Source: Acetivibrionales bacterium (lineage in GTDB: Bacteria > Bacillota > Clostridia > Acetivibrionales > DTU013). From it: a DNA stretch of 64,000 bases. The notes under the pieces were generated by a model. It saw only the letters and a program-made list of their open reading frames with translations, did no database searches and was not told where the DNA came from. The translations under genes and the position numbers were made by a program. Positions within the stretch are counted from its first letter, which is position 1, and the number at the start of each line of letters is the position of its first letter. The stretch is taken from the NCBI GenBank assembly GCA_050952225.1, contig JBMNKL010000001.1, forward strand, positions 814,589-878,588, read 5' to 3'. This document shows, piece after piece, positions 9,638 through 19,372 of the stretch.

Positions 9638-11308
9638 ATGAAAATATTGACCGGCGCTGAAATACTGATAGAATGCCTGAAAGAACAGGGAGTGGATACG
9701 GTCTTTGGCTTTCCGGGCGGCGCTGTGCTTAACATATATGACGCCTTATACAGGTCTGGTGACAAGATAAGGCATATATTGACATCGCATGAACAAGGCG
9801 CGTCCCATGCCGCAGACGGGTATGCGCGCGCCACCGGAAAAACGGGCGTATGTATTGCCACGTCGGGACCCGGGGCAACAAACCTTGTTACCGGGATTGC
9901 CACAGCCTACATGGATTCGGTGCCCATGGTAGCCATTACCGGGCAGGTTTCCACGGCGCTGCTGGGGAAAGACTCGTTCCAGGAGGTTGATATTACCGGG
10001 ATCACGATGCCGATAACCAAGCATAATTATATAGTAAAAGATGTGAACAAACTCGCCGGTATAGTCCGCGAAGCTTTTAAAATAGCGGCGGACGGCCGTC
10101 CGGGCCCTGTTCTGATAGATATTTGCAAGGATGTTACGGCGGCAAGTACCGGGTATGAATATATGGAACCCGAAAAGCCGGCATACCGGCCTATCGGCGT
10201 ATCGGACAGAAGACTTGATGAAGCGGCGGAGGCCATAAACAAGTCCGAAAGGCCTATTATCCTTTCAGGTGGCGGAGTAGCGATTGCTGCAGCAAACCAG
10301 GAACTGAAAGCCCTGGCTGAAAAGGCGGGAATTCCGGTTACTACGACACTGATGGGATTAGGGTCATTCCCGGGCACCCATGAGCTTTTTACAGGACTTG
10401 TCGGAATGCATGGCACCAGGACTTCCAATTTGGCGGTATCCGAGGCAGACTTATTTATTGCTGCCGGCGCCAGGTTCAGCGACAGGGTTATCAGCAATGT
10501 CAGCCGTTTTGCTCCCAAGGCAGCTATTATGCATATAGACGTTGATCCTGCGGAAATAGGGAAAAATGTAAACGTCAGGTATCCTCTTGTCGGAAATATT
10601 AAGGAAATACTTGGAGAATTGGCGAAAAGGGTTGAAAAGCGCGAAAATATGTGCTGGAACAAGAAAATTAATGAATGGAAAGGTGCATATCCGCTTAAGT
10701 ATGATGCGAACGGAAGCCTCAAACCGCACTACATTATAGAAAGGCTTTACGAGATTACGAGGGGAGATGCCATCATTACGACCGAGGTCGGCCAGAATCA
10801 GATATGGGCGGCGCAGTTCTACAAGTATACAAAGCCAAGGCAGTTTATTTCCTCGGGAGGGCTTGGCACAATGGGGTATGGTCTTGGCGCGTGCATAGGG
10901 GCACAGATAGGCAGGCCCGACAAGAAGGTAATCAACATTGCCGGTGACGGCAGCTTCCGTATGAATTGCACCGAGCTTGCCACTGCAGTTGAATACAAGC
11001 TGCCGGTGGTTGTTGCCATTCTAAACAACCGCGTGCTTGGCATGGTAAGGCAATGGCAAAGCCTGTTTTATGACCGCCGTTATTCGGCGACGACTATTGA
11101 CAGGGGCACCGACTTCGTTGCCCTTGCGGAGGCTTTCGGCGCTGTCGGGATAAAAGCAACCAGGCCGGACGAGGTGGACAGCACGTTTGAAAGGGCGCTG
11201 GCCTCGAAGGATAGGCCGGTGCTGATTGATTTTGAGATAGACAAGGATGAAATGGTGTTTCCTATTGTTCCGCCGGGCGCGCCCATAGACGAACTGATAG
11301 ACGAATAA
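9638..11308 (+). CDS. ilvB: Acetolactate synthase, large (catalytic) subunit
   Basis: 556 aa with the ThDP-enzyme motifs GGLGTMGYGLGACIGA...IAGDGSFRMN. RBS GGAGG 7 nt upstream. No ilvN-like small-subunit gene follows. Confidence 0.93.
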   Translation: MKILTGAEILIECLKEQGVDTVFGFPGGAVLNIYDALYRSGDKIRHILTSHEQGASHAADGYARATGKTGVCIATSGPGATNLVTGIATAYMDSVPMVAITGQVSTALLGKDSFQEVDITGITMPITKHNYIVKDVNKLAGIVREAFKIAADGRPGPVLIDICKDVTAASTGYEYMEPEKPAYRPIGVSDRRLDEAAEAINKSERPIILSGGGVAIAAANQELKALAEKAGIPVTTTLMGLGSFPGTHELFTGLVGMHGTRTSNLAVSEADLFIAAGARFSDRVISNVSRFAPKAAIMHIDVDPAEIGKNVNVRYPLVGNIKEILGELAKRVEKRENMCWNKKINEWKGAYPLKYDANGSLKPHYIIERLYEITRGDAIITTEVGQNQIWAAQFYKYTKPRQFISSGGLGTMGYGLGACIGAQIGRPDKKVINIAGDGSFRMNCTELATAVEYKLPVVVAILNNRVLGMVRQWQSLFYDRRYSATTIDRGTDFVALAEAFGAVGIKATRPDEVDSTFERALASKDRPVLIDFEIDKDEMVFPIVPPGAPIDELIDE

Positions 11309-11312
11309 TGTT

Positions 11313-11328
11313 GGATAGGGCGGCTTGC
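11313..11328 (+). repeat. 16-nt motif GGATAGGGCGGCTTGC (copy C of the intergenic repeat family)
   Basis: Identical to 40750-40765 (left inverted repeat of copy B). It starts 5 nt after the ilvB stop and is followed by the perfect palindrome gttggggtcag-g-ctgaccccaac (11335-11357). Confidence 0.7.
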
Positions 11329-11392
11329 TTTCAGGTTGGGGTCAGGCTGACCCCAACGGCGGCTTTACAGCAAAACTGCCGATAATTTTTTC

Positions 11393-11421
11393 TTGACTTT
11401 TAAAATGTTATGTGTTAAATT
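11393..11421 (+). promoter_or_regulatory. Sigma-A-type promoter for rpmG-secE-nusG-rplKA
   Basis: TTGACT - 17 nt - TAAATT, with TGt directly upstream of the -10 (extended -10). Confidence 0.6.
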
Positions 11422-11544
11422 ATTTATTGCTCCGTTAGGGAGGTCTTTTTTTTATGCCGGTTTGCAAACCGATAGAAACCGGCGCCCGGACATACGGATG
11501 TATACCCCGGATTTTGCGATATACGGGAGCTGGAGGTGTCGTAA

Positions 11545-11694
11545 ATGAGAGTCAAGATTACATTGGCATGTGTAGACTGCAAACAGAGGAATTATCATAC
11601 TAAGAAGAACAAGAAGAATGATCCGGACAGGATTGAGATGAAGAAATACTGTAAGTTCTGCCAGAAACATACGGTACACAAGGAAACGAAATAA
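11545..11694 (+). CDS. rpmG: 50S ribosomal protein L33
   Basis: 49-aa ORF absent from the ORF track (under 60 aa): [49 protein letters not shown]. It has the two CxxC pairs of zinc-ribbon L33, RBS GGAGGTG 7 nt upstream, and the conserved position before secE. Confidence 0.92.
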   Translation: MRVKITLACVDCKQRNYHTKKNKKNDPDRIEMKKYCKFCQKHTVHKETK

Positions 11695-11712
11695 AGGCGG
11701 AGGTGCGCATAC

Positions 11713-11937
11713 ATGGCTGAAAATTCACGCCTATCCAAGCTGGCCGGCTTCGGCAGGAAGATTGCCAGGTTTGTTAAGGACATAAGGTCCGAATTGAAAA
11801 AAGTTATCTGGCCATCCAGGGAGCAGCTGGTGAACAATACTATTTCAGTATTGGTAATCTGCCTGCTTATCGGTATAATTATATGGGTTTCCGACGTCAT
11901 TTTCGGAAAGGTTTTGGAATGGACCCTGTCCAGGTAA
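11713..11937 (+). CDS. secE: Preprotein translocase subunit SecE
   Basis: 74 aa with KFVKDIRSELKKVIWPSREQLVNNTISVLVICLLIGIIIW, a typical SecE C-terminal TM. Conserved synteny. Confidence 0.92.
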   Translation: MAENSRLSKLAGFGRKIARFVKDIRSELKKVIWPSREQLVNNTISVLVICLLIGIIIWVSDVIFGKVLEWTLSR

Positions 11938-11958
11938 TGAAGGAGGATTCAAATCCTG

Positions 11959-12489
11959 ATGAATGTCAATGGTATGCCTGAAGCCAAATGGTATGTTGTA
12001 CATACTTATTCCGGGTATGAGAATAAAGTTAAAGCCAATCTGGAGAAAATAGTCGAGAACAGGAATATGCAGGATTATATCCTTGATATTGTTGTTCCGA
12101 TGGAAGAGCAGATTGAAATAAAGGATGGCAAGAAAAAGGCCACGCTTAGGAAAGTGTTTCCTGGGTATGTTCTTGTTAAGATGGTTATGACGGATGAATC
12201 CTGGTATGTGGTTAGAAACACCAGGGGTGTGACAGGTTTTGTAGGACCGGGGTCGAAGCCTGTTCCGCTGACTGATGAAGAAATAAGGGCAATGGGTGTT
12301 GAGGAATTTGCCCCGGTGCTGGATTATGAAGTAAACGACAATGTAAGGGTCATAAGCGGGCCCTTGGAGAACTTTATCGGTGTAGTCGAAGAAATCAACA
12401 TTGAGAAGAAAAAAGTCAGGGTGGCAGTATCCATGTTCGGAAGGGAAACACCTGTTGAACTGGAATTGACACAGATACAGAAATTGTAA
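11959..12489 (+). CDS. nusG: Transcription termination/antitermination factor NusG
   Basis: [20 protein letters not shown] (NGN domain) and a KOW domain ([18 protein letters not shown]). Confidence 0.95.
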   Translation: MNVNGMPEAKWYVVHTYSGYENKVKANLEKIVENRNMQDYILDIVVPMEEQIEIKDGKKKATLRKVFPGYVLVKMVMTDESWYVVRNTRGVTGFVGPGSKPVPLTDEEIRAMGVEEFAPVLDYEVNDNVRVISGPLENFIGVVEEINIEKKKVRVAVSMFGRETPVELELTQIQKL

Positions 12490-12512
12490 GGATTGGGAGG
12501 TGGATGAAAGCC

Positions 12513-12938
12513 ATGGCGAAGAAAATTGCGGGTTATATAAAGCTACAGATTCCTGCAGGAAAGGCAACTCCTGCTCCACCGGTTGGACCAGCTTTAGGAC
12601 AGCATGGCGTAAACATCATGGGATTTTGCAAGGAGTTTAATGAAAGGACCGCAAAAGACGCCGGGTTGATTATTCCCGTCGTTATCACGGTTTATGCTGA
12701 CAGGTCTTTTTCATTTATAACGAAGACTCCTCCGGCAGCGGTGCTTTTGAAAAGGGCATGCAAGATTGAGAAAGCTTCGGGCACTCCAAACAGGGAGAAG
12801 GTTGCAAAGATTTCAATTGATGAGGTCAGGAAGATTGCGGAAATGAAAATGCCCGACTTAAACGCTGCGAGTATTGAAGCGGCCACCAGCATGGTTGCGG
12901 GTACGGCCAGAAGCATGGGCATAGAAGTGGTGGAGTAG
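12513..12938 (+). CDS. rplK: 50S ribosomal protein L11
   Basis: [43 protein letters not shown]. The internal ATG (4th codon of the track ORF) has GGGAGGTGG upstream. Confidence 0.95.
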   Translation: MAKKIAGYIKLQIPAGKATPAPPVGPALGQHGVNIMGFCKEFNERTAKDAGLIIPVVITVYADRSFSFITKTPPAAVLLKRACKIEKASGTPNREKVAKISIDEVRKIAEMKMPDLNAASIEAATSMVAGTARSMGIEVVE

Positions 12939-13044
12939 TACGGGCCGCAGTGGCAGTCCGGCTTTGTCTGAAGCCCATGTGAAGCTTGAAAAGTGGGAGG
13001 GAACATCTGTTTCCGAATATTTGACCACGTAAGGGAGGATTATA

Positions 13045-13740
13045 ATGAAGAGAGGAAAGAAATATATCGAGAGCGCAAAGCTCGTGGACAGAACAGTATT
13101 GTATGAACCGGCACAAGCCCTGGACCTTGTTAAAAAGACTGCAAAAGCAAAGTTTGACGAAACGGTCGAGGTGCATGTAAGGCTTGGTGTCGATTCAAGA
13201 CATGCCGACCAGCAGGTGAGAGGCGCGGTTGTGCTCCCTCACGGCACAGGCAAGACAGTCAGGGTGCTTGTATTTGCAAAAGGGGATAAAGCCAAGGAGG
13301 CTGAACAGGCCGGAGCAGATTATGTAGGGGCGGAAGACCTTGTTGCAAAGATTCAGAATGAGAACTGGTTTGATTTCGACGTAGTTGTAGCTACGCCGGA
13401 TATGATGAGTGTCGTGGGCAGACTGGGCAGACTGCTGGGACCAAAGGGGCTTATGCCGAACCCGAAGGCCGGGACGGTCACGATGGATGTTTCAAAGGCG
13501 ATAAGCGAAATTAAAGCCGGTAAAATCGAGTACAGGCTTGATAAAACAAATATAATCCACTGCCCTATCGGCAAAGTGTCGTTTGAACTTGAAAAACTGC
13601 AGGATAACTTCCGTACCCTGATGGATGCCATCATAAGGGCAAAGCCGCCCGCTGCAAAGGGACAGTACCTGAGAAGCATAGTTGTTGCATCTACAATGGG
13701 GCCCGGCATAAAGGTAAACCCGGCCAGGGTGACAGAATAA
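13045..13740 (+). CDS. rplA: 50S ribosomal protein L1
   Basis: 231 aa with MKRGKKY...[35 protein letters not shown]. Confidence 0.96.
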   Translation: MKRGKKYIESAKLVDRTVLYEPAQALDLVKKTAKAKFDETVEVHVRLGVDSRHADQQVRGAVVLPHGTGKTVRVLVFAKGDKAKEAEQAGADYVGAEDLVAKIQNENWFDFDVVVATPDMMSVVGRLGRLLGPKGLMPNPKAGTVTMDVSKAISEIKAGKIEYRLDKTNIIHCPIGKVSFELEKLQDNFRTLMDAIIRAKPPAAKGQYLRSIVVASTMGPGIKVNPARVTE

Positions 13741-13809
13741 ATCCTGCTTTACAACCATGAACTTTTGCTGTAATATATAATTTGCTGCTATTATGCTGCT
13801 ATTATATTG

Positions 13810-13968
13810 ACAAATAAATCAAACGGTACCGCAGACAGCAGGTGCGCAAGCATAATCGGGTATCCGGCCTGCCGAGGTAGATAGATGGTTTGTTCCGGCT
13901 AGCCGTTAAGGCATCATGGCGGAGATATCCCTTGTGCGTCTGCAGTATGCGAAGCACAAGGGTTTTTT
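13810..13968 (+). promoter_or_regulatory. Ribosomal protein L10 leader (autoregulatory 5' UTR with terminator)
   Basis: A 280-nt spacer before rplJ, typical of Firmicutes. GC-rich structured segment (ggtaccgcagacagcaggtgcgcaagc...ccggcctgccgagg) ending in the attenuator hairpin cccttgtgc...gcacaaggg + tttttt (13929-13968). The assignment to the L10_leader family is by position and architecture, not by a covariance search. Confidence 0.65.
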
Positions 13969-14030
13969 AATTGCAGGCTGTTTGGCTACATGCTGTCTCG
14001 TGAACGGGATGGACAAAGGAGGTGGAAAAC

Positions 14031-14567
14031 TTGCCGAAGGAAAGCACACTTAATCAAAAGCGGAAAATTGTAGAGGACATAAGCAACAAAATAAAAGCAT
14101 CAAAAGCAATAGTTTTTGCAGATTACAGGGGACTGACGGTTGAGCAGGATACCGAGCTCAGAAGCGCGCTCAGAAAGGCAGGCGTTGATTACAAGGTTGT
14201 AAAAAATACGCTGACAAGGTTTGCAGTAAAGGAAAACGGGCTTGACGAAATAACACCTTACCTGGTCGGGCCTACATCCATGGCATCAAGCGAGGATGAC
14301 CCCGTCGCGCCGGCAAAAGTTTTGAGCGAGTATGCAAAGAAATTTGACAAGCTGGAAATCAAGGTCGGCGTAGTGGAAGGAAAGGTTATAGATCTCGAAG
14401 GCATCAAAGAACTGGCCGATCTCCCATCGAGAGAAGTGCTTGTCGCCAAAGCCCTTGGCGGCCTGAAAGCGCCGATATCGGGCCTGGTTAATGTTCTCAA
14501 TGGAAACATAAGAGGCCTGGTTATTGCATTAAATGCAATTGCTGAGCAAAAGGAAAATGCTTCTTAG
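14031..14567 (+). CDS. rplJ: 50S ribosomal protein L10
   Basis: L10 sequence (KIKASKAIVFADYRGLTVEQDTELRSALRKAGVDYKVVKNTL). TTG 14031 sits 8 nt after GGAGG. The track start GTG 14022 overlaps the RBS itself. Confidence 0.9.
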   Translation: MPKESTLNQKRKIVEDISNKIKASKAIVFADYRGLTVEQDTELRSALRKAGVDYKVVKNTLTRFAVKENGLDEITPYLVGPTSMASSEDDPVAPAKVLSEYAKKFDKLEIKVGVVEGKVIDLEGIKELADLPSREVLVAKALGGLKAPISGLVNVLNGNIRGLVIALNAIAEQKENAS

Positions 14568-14646
14568 CAATTGCCGAGAAAGCGAATGCTTCTTAAAAGC
14601 AAGAAATTAAACCATACTTGATAAATATTATGGAGGTAATTATAAG

Positions 14647-15036
14647 ATGGCTAGTGAAAAAGTTACAAAGTTGATTGAGGATGTAAAATCGTTAACGGTA
14701 TTGGAATTATCAGAGCTTGTAAAGGCTCTTGAAGAGGAATTCGGTGTGTCCGCGGCGGCTCCTGTGGCTATGGCAGCGGCTCCTGCTGCAGGCGGAGCGG
14801 CAGCAGCTCCGGCAGCAGAAGAAAAGACCGAGTTTGACGTAATACTCAAGGATGTGGGAGCTGAAAAGATCAAGGTTATCAAGGTTGTCAGGGAAATTAC
14901 GAGCCTGGGACTTAAAGAAGCCAAGGATCTTGTCGACGGAGCTCCCAAGACTGTCAAGGAGAATGTTTCCAAGGAAGAAGCAGCCGAAATAGAAGCAAAA
15001 TTCAAGGAAGTGGGCGCTACTGTAGAAATCAAGTAA
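14647..15036 (+). CDS. rplL: 50S ribosomal protein L7/L12
   Basis: 129 aa with an Ala-rich hinge and C-terminal [30 protein letters not shown]. Confidence 0.97.
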   Translation: MASEKVTKLIEDVKSLTVLELSELVKALEEEFGVSAAAPVAMAAAPAAGGAAAAPAAEEKTEFDVILKDVGAEKIKVIKVVREITSLGLKEAKDLVDGAPKTVKENVSKEEAAEIEAKFKEVGATVEIK

Positions 15037-15056
15037 TAAATGCGCACCGGAGGTGG

Positions 15057-15088
15057 AAGTGTCCCGGTTTTAACCGGGACACTTTTTA
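15057..15088 (+). terminator. Rho-independent terminator after rplL
   Basis: aagtgtcccgg-ttttaa-ccgggacactt followed by tttat. Confidence 0.85.
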
Positions 15089-15218
15089 TGCCTGAAAACG
15101 GAGAGACAACAAGCATAGCACACGAACAGCCTACGCCGCCGGGAAAATGAAATTCATCCTGGTATTTGACCTGCACAGACAGATAAAAAAAGACAACAGA
15201 AACAACACATTATACCTA

Positions 15219-15247
15219 TTGACATGCAGCCAACAGTATGCTAGAAT
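15219..15247 (+). promoter_or_regulatory. Near-consensus sigma-A promoter for rpoBC
   Basis: TTGACA - 17 nt - TAGAAT. It leaves a ~365-nt leader before rpoB. Confidence 0.7.
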
Positions 15248-15618
15248 TGTTTACTGCATCGTGATTCCGGACTAGTTTAATTTTTTAAGATGCAACCCTT
15301 TATAATTGCACAATAGATTATAACACAGGAGAATAAAATAGACAAGAAGTGTTAATAATTATTTATTGGAAGCCCAGGCAAATTCAATGAAGTTGCCTGG
15401 CAGGTGTTTTTTAATAAAGAAGAAATATGTTTATTGGATGTAAGCGCCAATGCCAATATGGATTAGCCCAGAAGCTTTTAATAATATTATTAAAAGCTTT
15501 AGATATACACCGGCGTATCGTCCGAAACGACCGGTGATCCGGTAAAATTGCATGAATGCAAGCCTTTCATGTAAAACGCTCAAACTACAACAAGTCTTAA
15601 TTTATGAGGTGATATTTA

Positions 15619-18600
15619 ATGGTACATCCCGTAAAAATGGGCCGGAATACAAGAATGAGCTATTCCAGGATAGATGAGGTTCTGGATATGCCCAACTTGA
15701 TCGAAGTTCAGAAAAACTCTTACAAATGGTTCCGGGAGGAAGGACTTCGCGAAGTATTCAGGGATGTTTCGCCGATCCAGGATTACACGGGCAACCTGGT
15801 ACTGGAGTTTCCGGATTACAGGCTGGAGGATGACAACCCTAAGTATACTATCGATGAGTGCAAGGAAAGGGATACTACATATTCCGCTCCGCTGAAGGTC
15901 AAAGTGCGCTTGATTAACAAGGAAACCGGCGAAGTGAAGGAACAGGAAATATTCATGGGAGATTTTCCGCTGATGACCGAAAACGGCACATTTATAATTA
16001 ATGGAGCCGAGAGGGTCATTGTCAGCCAACTGGTGAGATCACCCGGGATTTATTATTCGAAAAAATTAGACAAGACAGGTAAGGTCCTTTACTCCGCAAC
16101 CGTAATACCGAATCGTGGCGCCTGGCTTGAATATGAAACGGATTCCAGCGACATCATGTCGGTCAGGATTGACAGGACCAGGAAACTGCCTATTACCGTT
16201 TTGCTGCGGGCTCTCGGCTACGGTACCGATGCAGCCATTACCGAGTTGCTTGGTGAAGACGAGAGGGTACTTGCCACTATCCAGAAAGATAGCGCGAAGA
16301 GTTCGGATGATGGTTTGATTGAGATATATAAAAGGTTGAGACCTGGGGAACCTCCTACTGTTGAGAGTGCATCAACACTGCTGAACAACCTGTTTTTCGA
16401 CCCCAAGAGGTATGACCTTGCCAAGTTCGGCAGGTTCAAGTTCAACAAGAAGCTTTCATTGGCATCAAGGATAGCCGGTCATAAGGCTGCCGAGAAAATT
16501 ACTGATCCGAAGACCGGAAAAATTATTGTCAATGAAGGCGAATATATTGACAGGGAAAAAGCCGTTGTCATTCAGAATACCGGGATTAATGCCGTTTATA
16601 TCTATGCCGAGGATAAAAAGGTCAGGGTCATAGGTAACGGCACTGTTGATTTGAAAGCGGTTACCGGTTTTGATCCCTCTGAAACTGGCATAACGGAAAA
16701 AGTAAGATATGAAGTCCTGAAAAAATTGATGAAAGAAAACCGGACTAAAGCCGACCTGAAAAAAGCGATTGCAAGCAGCGTGGATGAATTGGTTCCGAAA
16801 CATGTTACGCCCGAGGATATAATCTCATCCATAAATTACCTGGTCCATCTGAATTACGGGGTCGGCAGCGACGATGATATAGACCACCTGGGCAACAGGA
16901 GATTACGATGCGTCGGAGAGCTGTTGCAGAACCAGTTCAGGATAGGGCTGGCAAGGATGGAAAGAGTAGTAAGGGAAAGGATGACAATCCAGGATATTGA
17001 TGTTGTCACACCCCAGGCGCTAATTAACATAAGGCCTGTTACCGCCGCGATAAAGGAGTTTTTTGGGAGCAGCCAGTTATCGCAGTTTATGGACCAAACA
17101 AACCCGCTGGCGGAACTAACGCACAAGAGAAGGCTCAGCGCACTGGGACCCGGCGGCTTAAGCAGGGAAAGAGCGGGATTCGAAGTCCGCGACGTGCACT
17201 ATTCCCATTACAGCCGCATGTGCCCGATAGAGACGCCGGAAGGCCCGAACATCGGCCTTATAGGCTCACTGAGCACCTATGCGCGCATAAACGAATATGG
17301 CTTTATTGAGGCGCCGTACAGGAAGATAGACAAGGCCAGGGGCGTGGTAACGGACGAGATACATTACCTCACGGCTGATGAGGAAGATATGTACATGATT
17401 GCGCAGGCAAACGAACCGCTTGACGAGGAAGGCAGGTTCATAGACAAAAAGGCGCTTTGCAGGTACAAGGATGAGATTATTGAGGTGGAGACCGACCGGG
17501 TGGATTACATGGATGTGTCGCCCAAGCAGCTGGTATCCGTGGCGACTGCCATGATACCGTTCCTGGAAAATGACGACGCAAACCGCGCGCTTATGGGCTC
17601 CAACATGCAGCGCCAGGCAGTGCCGCTTATCAAGACTGAGGCGCCGATAATAGGAACCGGTATTGAGCACAAGGCAGCGAGAGATTCAGGCACTGTTGTG
17701 ATTGCCCGCAATTCCGGAACGGTTGAGAAGGTTTCCGCAAATGAGATAATTATACGTACCAATGACGGCAAAAGAGATGTTTACAAGCTTTTGAAGTATG
17801 TGCGGTCCAACCAGGGCACATGTACAAACCAGAGGCCTCTCGTAAAGAAGAACGATTTGGTTGAAAAAGGGGACGTCATTGCCGACGGGCCTTCTACCGA
17901 TAACGGTGAAATCGCCCTCGGCAAGAACGTACTGGTAGGCTTTATGACCTGGGAAGGCTATAATTATGAAGATGCCATACTTATAAGCGAAAAGCTTGTC
18001 AAGGAAGATACGTTTACATCCATCCATATAGAGGAATACGAAGCTGAAGCCAGGGATACCAAGCTTGGCCCTGAAGAAATTACCCGGGATATTCCCAATG
18101 TCAGTGAAGAATCCTTAAAGGATCTTGACGAGAGGGGGATTATCAGGATAGGAGCCGAGGTCAGGGCGGGCGATATACTTGTAGGCAAAGTAACTCCAAA
18201 GGGAGAAACAGAATTGACGGCTGAAGAAAGGCTTTTAAGAGCCATTTTCGGTGAAAAAGCCAGGGAGGTCAGGGATACTTCTCTCAGGGTACCCCATGGG
18301 GAATCCGGAATTGTTGTCGATGTAAAAGTCTTCACGAGGGAAGCCGGCGATGAACTGCCGCCCGGGGTAAACCAGCTTGTCAGATGTTATGTTGCCCAGA
18401 AACGAAAGATATCAGTTGGTGACAAGATGGCTGGCAGGCATGGAAACAAGGGCGTTATCTCCAGGGTGCTCCCCGAAGAGGATATGCCGTTTCTTCCCGA
18501 CGGGACCCCGCTGGAAATCGTATTGAACCCGCTGGGCGTTCCTTCGCGCATGAATATCGGCCAGGTGCTTGAGACCCATCTTGGATATGCCGCCAAGGTG

Positions 18601-19356
18601 ATGGGATGGCATATAGCCACTCCGGTATTTGACGGGGCTTCCGAGAAAGATATTTTTGAGACGCTGAAAATGGCCGGCCTTCCTGAAGACGGAAAAACAG
18701 TGCTGTATGACGGAAGAACTGGTATGCCGTTTGATAACCGGGTTACGGTAGGCTACATGTATATGATGAAGCTGGCTCACCTGGTCGATGACAAGATTCA
18801 CGCCCGTTCCACGGGGCCGTATTCTCTTGTTACCCAGCAACCGCTCGGCGGAAAGGCGCAATTTGGAGGCCAGAGGTTCGGCGAAATGGAAGTATGGGCT
18901 CTTGAAGCATATGGAGCCGCGTATACCTTGCAGGAAATCCTTACGGTTAAATCGGACGATGTCGTGGGAAGGGTAAAAACTTACGAAGCTATCGTCAAAG
19001 GCGAGAACGTGCCGGAACCGGGCATACCCGAATCGTTCAAGGTTTTGATAAAGGAACTCCAGAGCCTCGCGCTGGATGTCAAGGTATACACCGAGGAGCG
19101 TGAAGAAATAGCCATTAAGGAATCCTCCGAGGACGATATCGAGGAACTCAACGTGAATATCGAAGGGCGCGAGGATGAAGAGGAGCTGGAAGGTTACGGC
19201 GATATTCCTGATGGATTGATTGACGAGGATATCGATATCGATGATTTTGATCTTGGTGAAATCGGGAATCCCGTGGAGAATCTTGATGATACGTTAGGTG
19301 AAGACCTGTTCACCGATGACGATTTCGCGGACAACCTGGATGACGAGGATTTTTAG
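15619..19356 (+). CDS. rpoB: DNA-directed RNA polymerase subunit beta
   Basis: 1245 aa with unmistakable RpoB sequence throughout (e.g. [30 protein letters not shown]). RBS GAGGTGA. It carries an 87-aa highly acidic C-terminal tail. Confidence 0.98.
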   Translation: MVHPVKMGRNTRMSYSRIDEVLDMPNLIEVQKNSYKWFREEGLREVFRDVSPIQDYTGNLVLEFPDYRLEDDNPKYTIDECKERDTTYSAPLKVKVRLINKETGEVKEQEIFMGDFPLMTENGTFIINGAERVIVSQLVRSPGIYYSKKLDKTGKVLYSATVIPNRGAWLEYETDSSDIMSVRIDRTRKLPITVLLRALGYGTDAAITELLGEDERVLATIQKDSAKSSDDGLIEIYKRLRPGEPPTVESASTLLNNLFFDPKRYDLAKFGRFKFNKKLSLASRIAGHKAAEKITDPKTGKIIVNEGEYIDREKAVVIQNTGINAVYIYAEDKKVRVIGNGTVDLKAVTGFDPSETGITEKVRYEVLKKLMKENRTKADLKKAIASSVDELVPKHVTPEDIISSINYLVHLNYGVGSDDDIDHLGNRRLRCVGELLQNQFRIGLARMERVVRERMTIQDIDVVTPQALINIRPVTAAIKEFFGSSQLSQFMDQTNPLAELTHKRRLSALGPGGLSRERAGFEVRDVHYSHYSRMCPIETPEGPNIGLIGSLSTYARINEYGFIEAPYRKIDKARGVVTDEIHYLTADEEDMYMIAQANEPLDEEGRFIDKKALCRYKDEIIEVETDRVDYMDVSPKQLVSVATAMIPFLENDDANRALMGSNMQRQAVPLIKTEAPIIGTGIEHKAARDSGTVVIARNSGTVEKVSANEIIIRTNDGKRDVYKLLKYVRSNQGTCTNQRPLVKKNDLVEKGDVIADGPSTDNGEIALGKNVLVGFMTWEGYNYEDAILISEKLVKEDTFTSIHIEEYEAEARDTKLGPEEITRDIPNVSEESLKDLDERGIIRIGAEVRAGDILVGKVTPKGETELTAEERLLRAIFGEKAREVRDTSLRVPHGESGIVVDVKVFTREAGDELPPGVNQLVRCYVAQKRKISVGDKMAGRHGNKGVISRVLPEEDMPFLPDGTPLEIVLNPLGVPSRMNIGQVLETHLGYAAKVMGWHIATPVFDGASEKDIFETLKMAGLPEDGKTVLYDGRTGMPFDNRVTVGYMYMMKLAHLVDDKIHARSTGPYSLVTQQPLGGKAQFGGQRFGEMEVWALEAYGAAYTLQEILTVKSDDVVGRVKTYEAIVKGENVPEPGIPESFKVLIKELQSLALDVKVYTEEREEIAIKESSEDDIEELNVNIEGREDEEELEGYGDIPDGLIDEDIDIDDFDLGEIGNPVENLDDTLGEDLFTDDDFADNLDDEDF

Positions 19357-19372
19357 AAAGGAGATCTGAGCC

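Noticed and set aside
9638-11308. Absence of an ilvN/ilvH small-subunit gene after ilvB.
   Set aside because: Small-subunit genes are often encoded elsewhere or absent for some paralogues. This cannot be evaluated from one window and is not unusual enough to report.
13781-13806. Short tandem duplications: tgctgctattat x2 here, aatctca x2 at 28152-28166, and atagaat x2 at about 52727-52741. I checked them as possible CRISPR or satellite arrays.
   Set aside because: There are only two units each, with no spacers and no cas genes. This is ordinary slippage-scale repetition.
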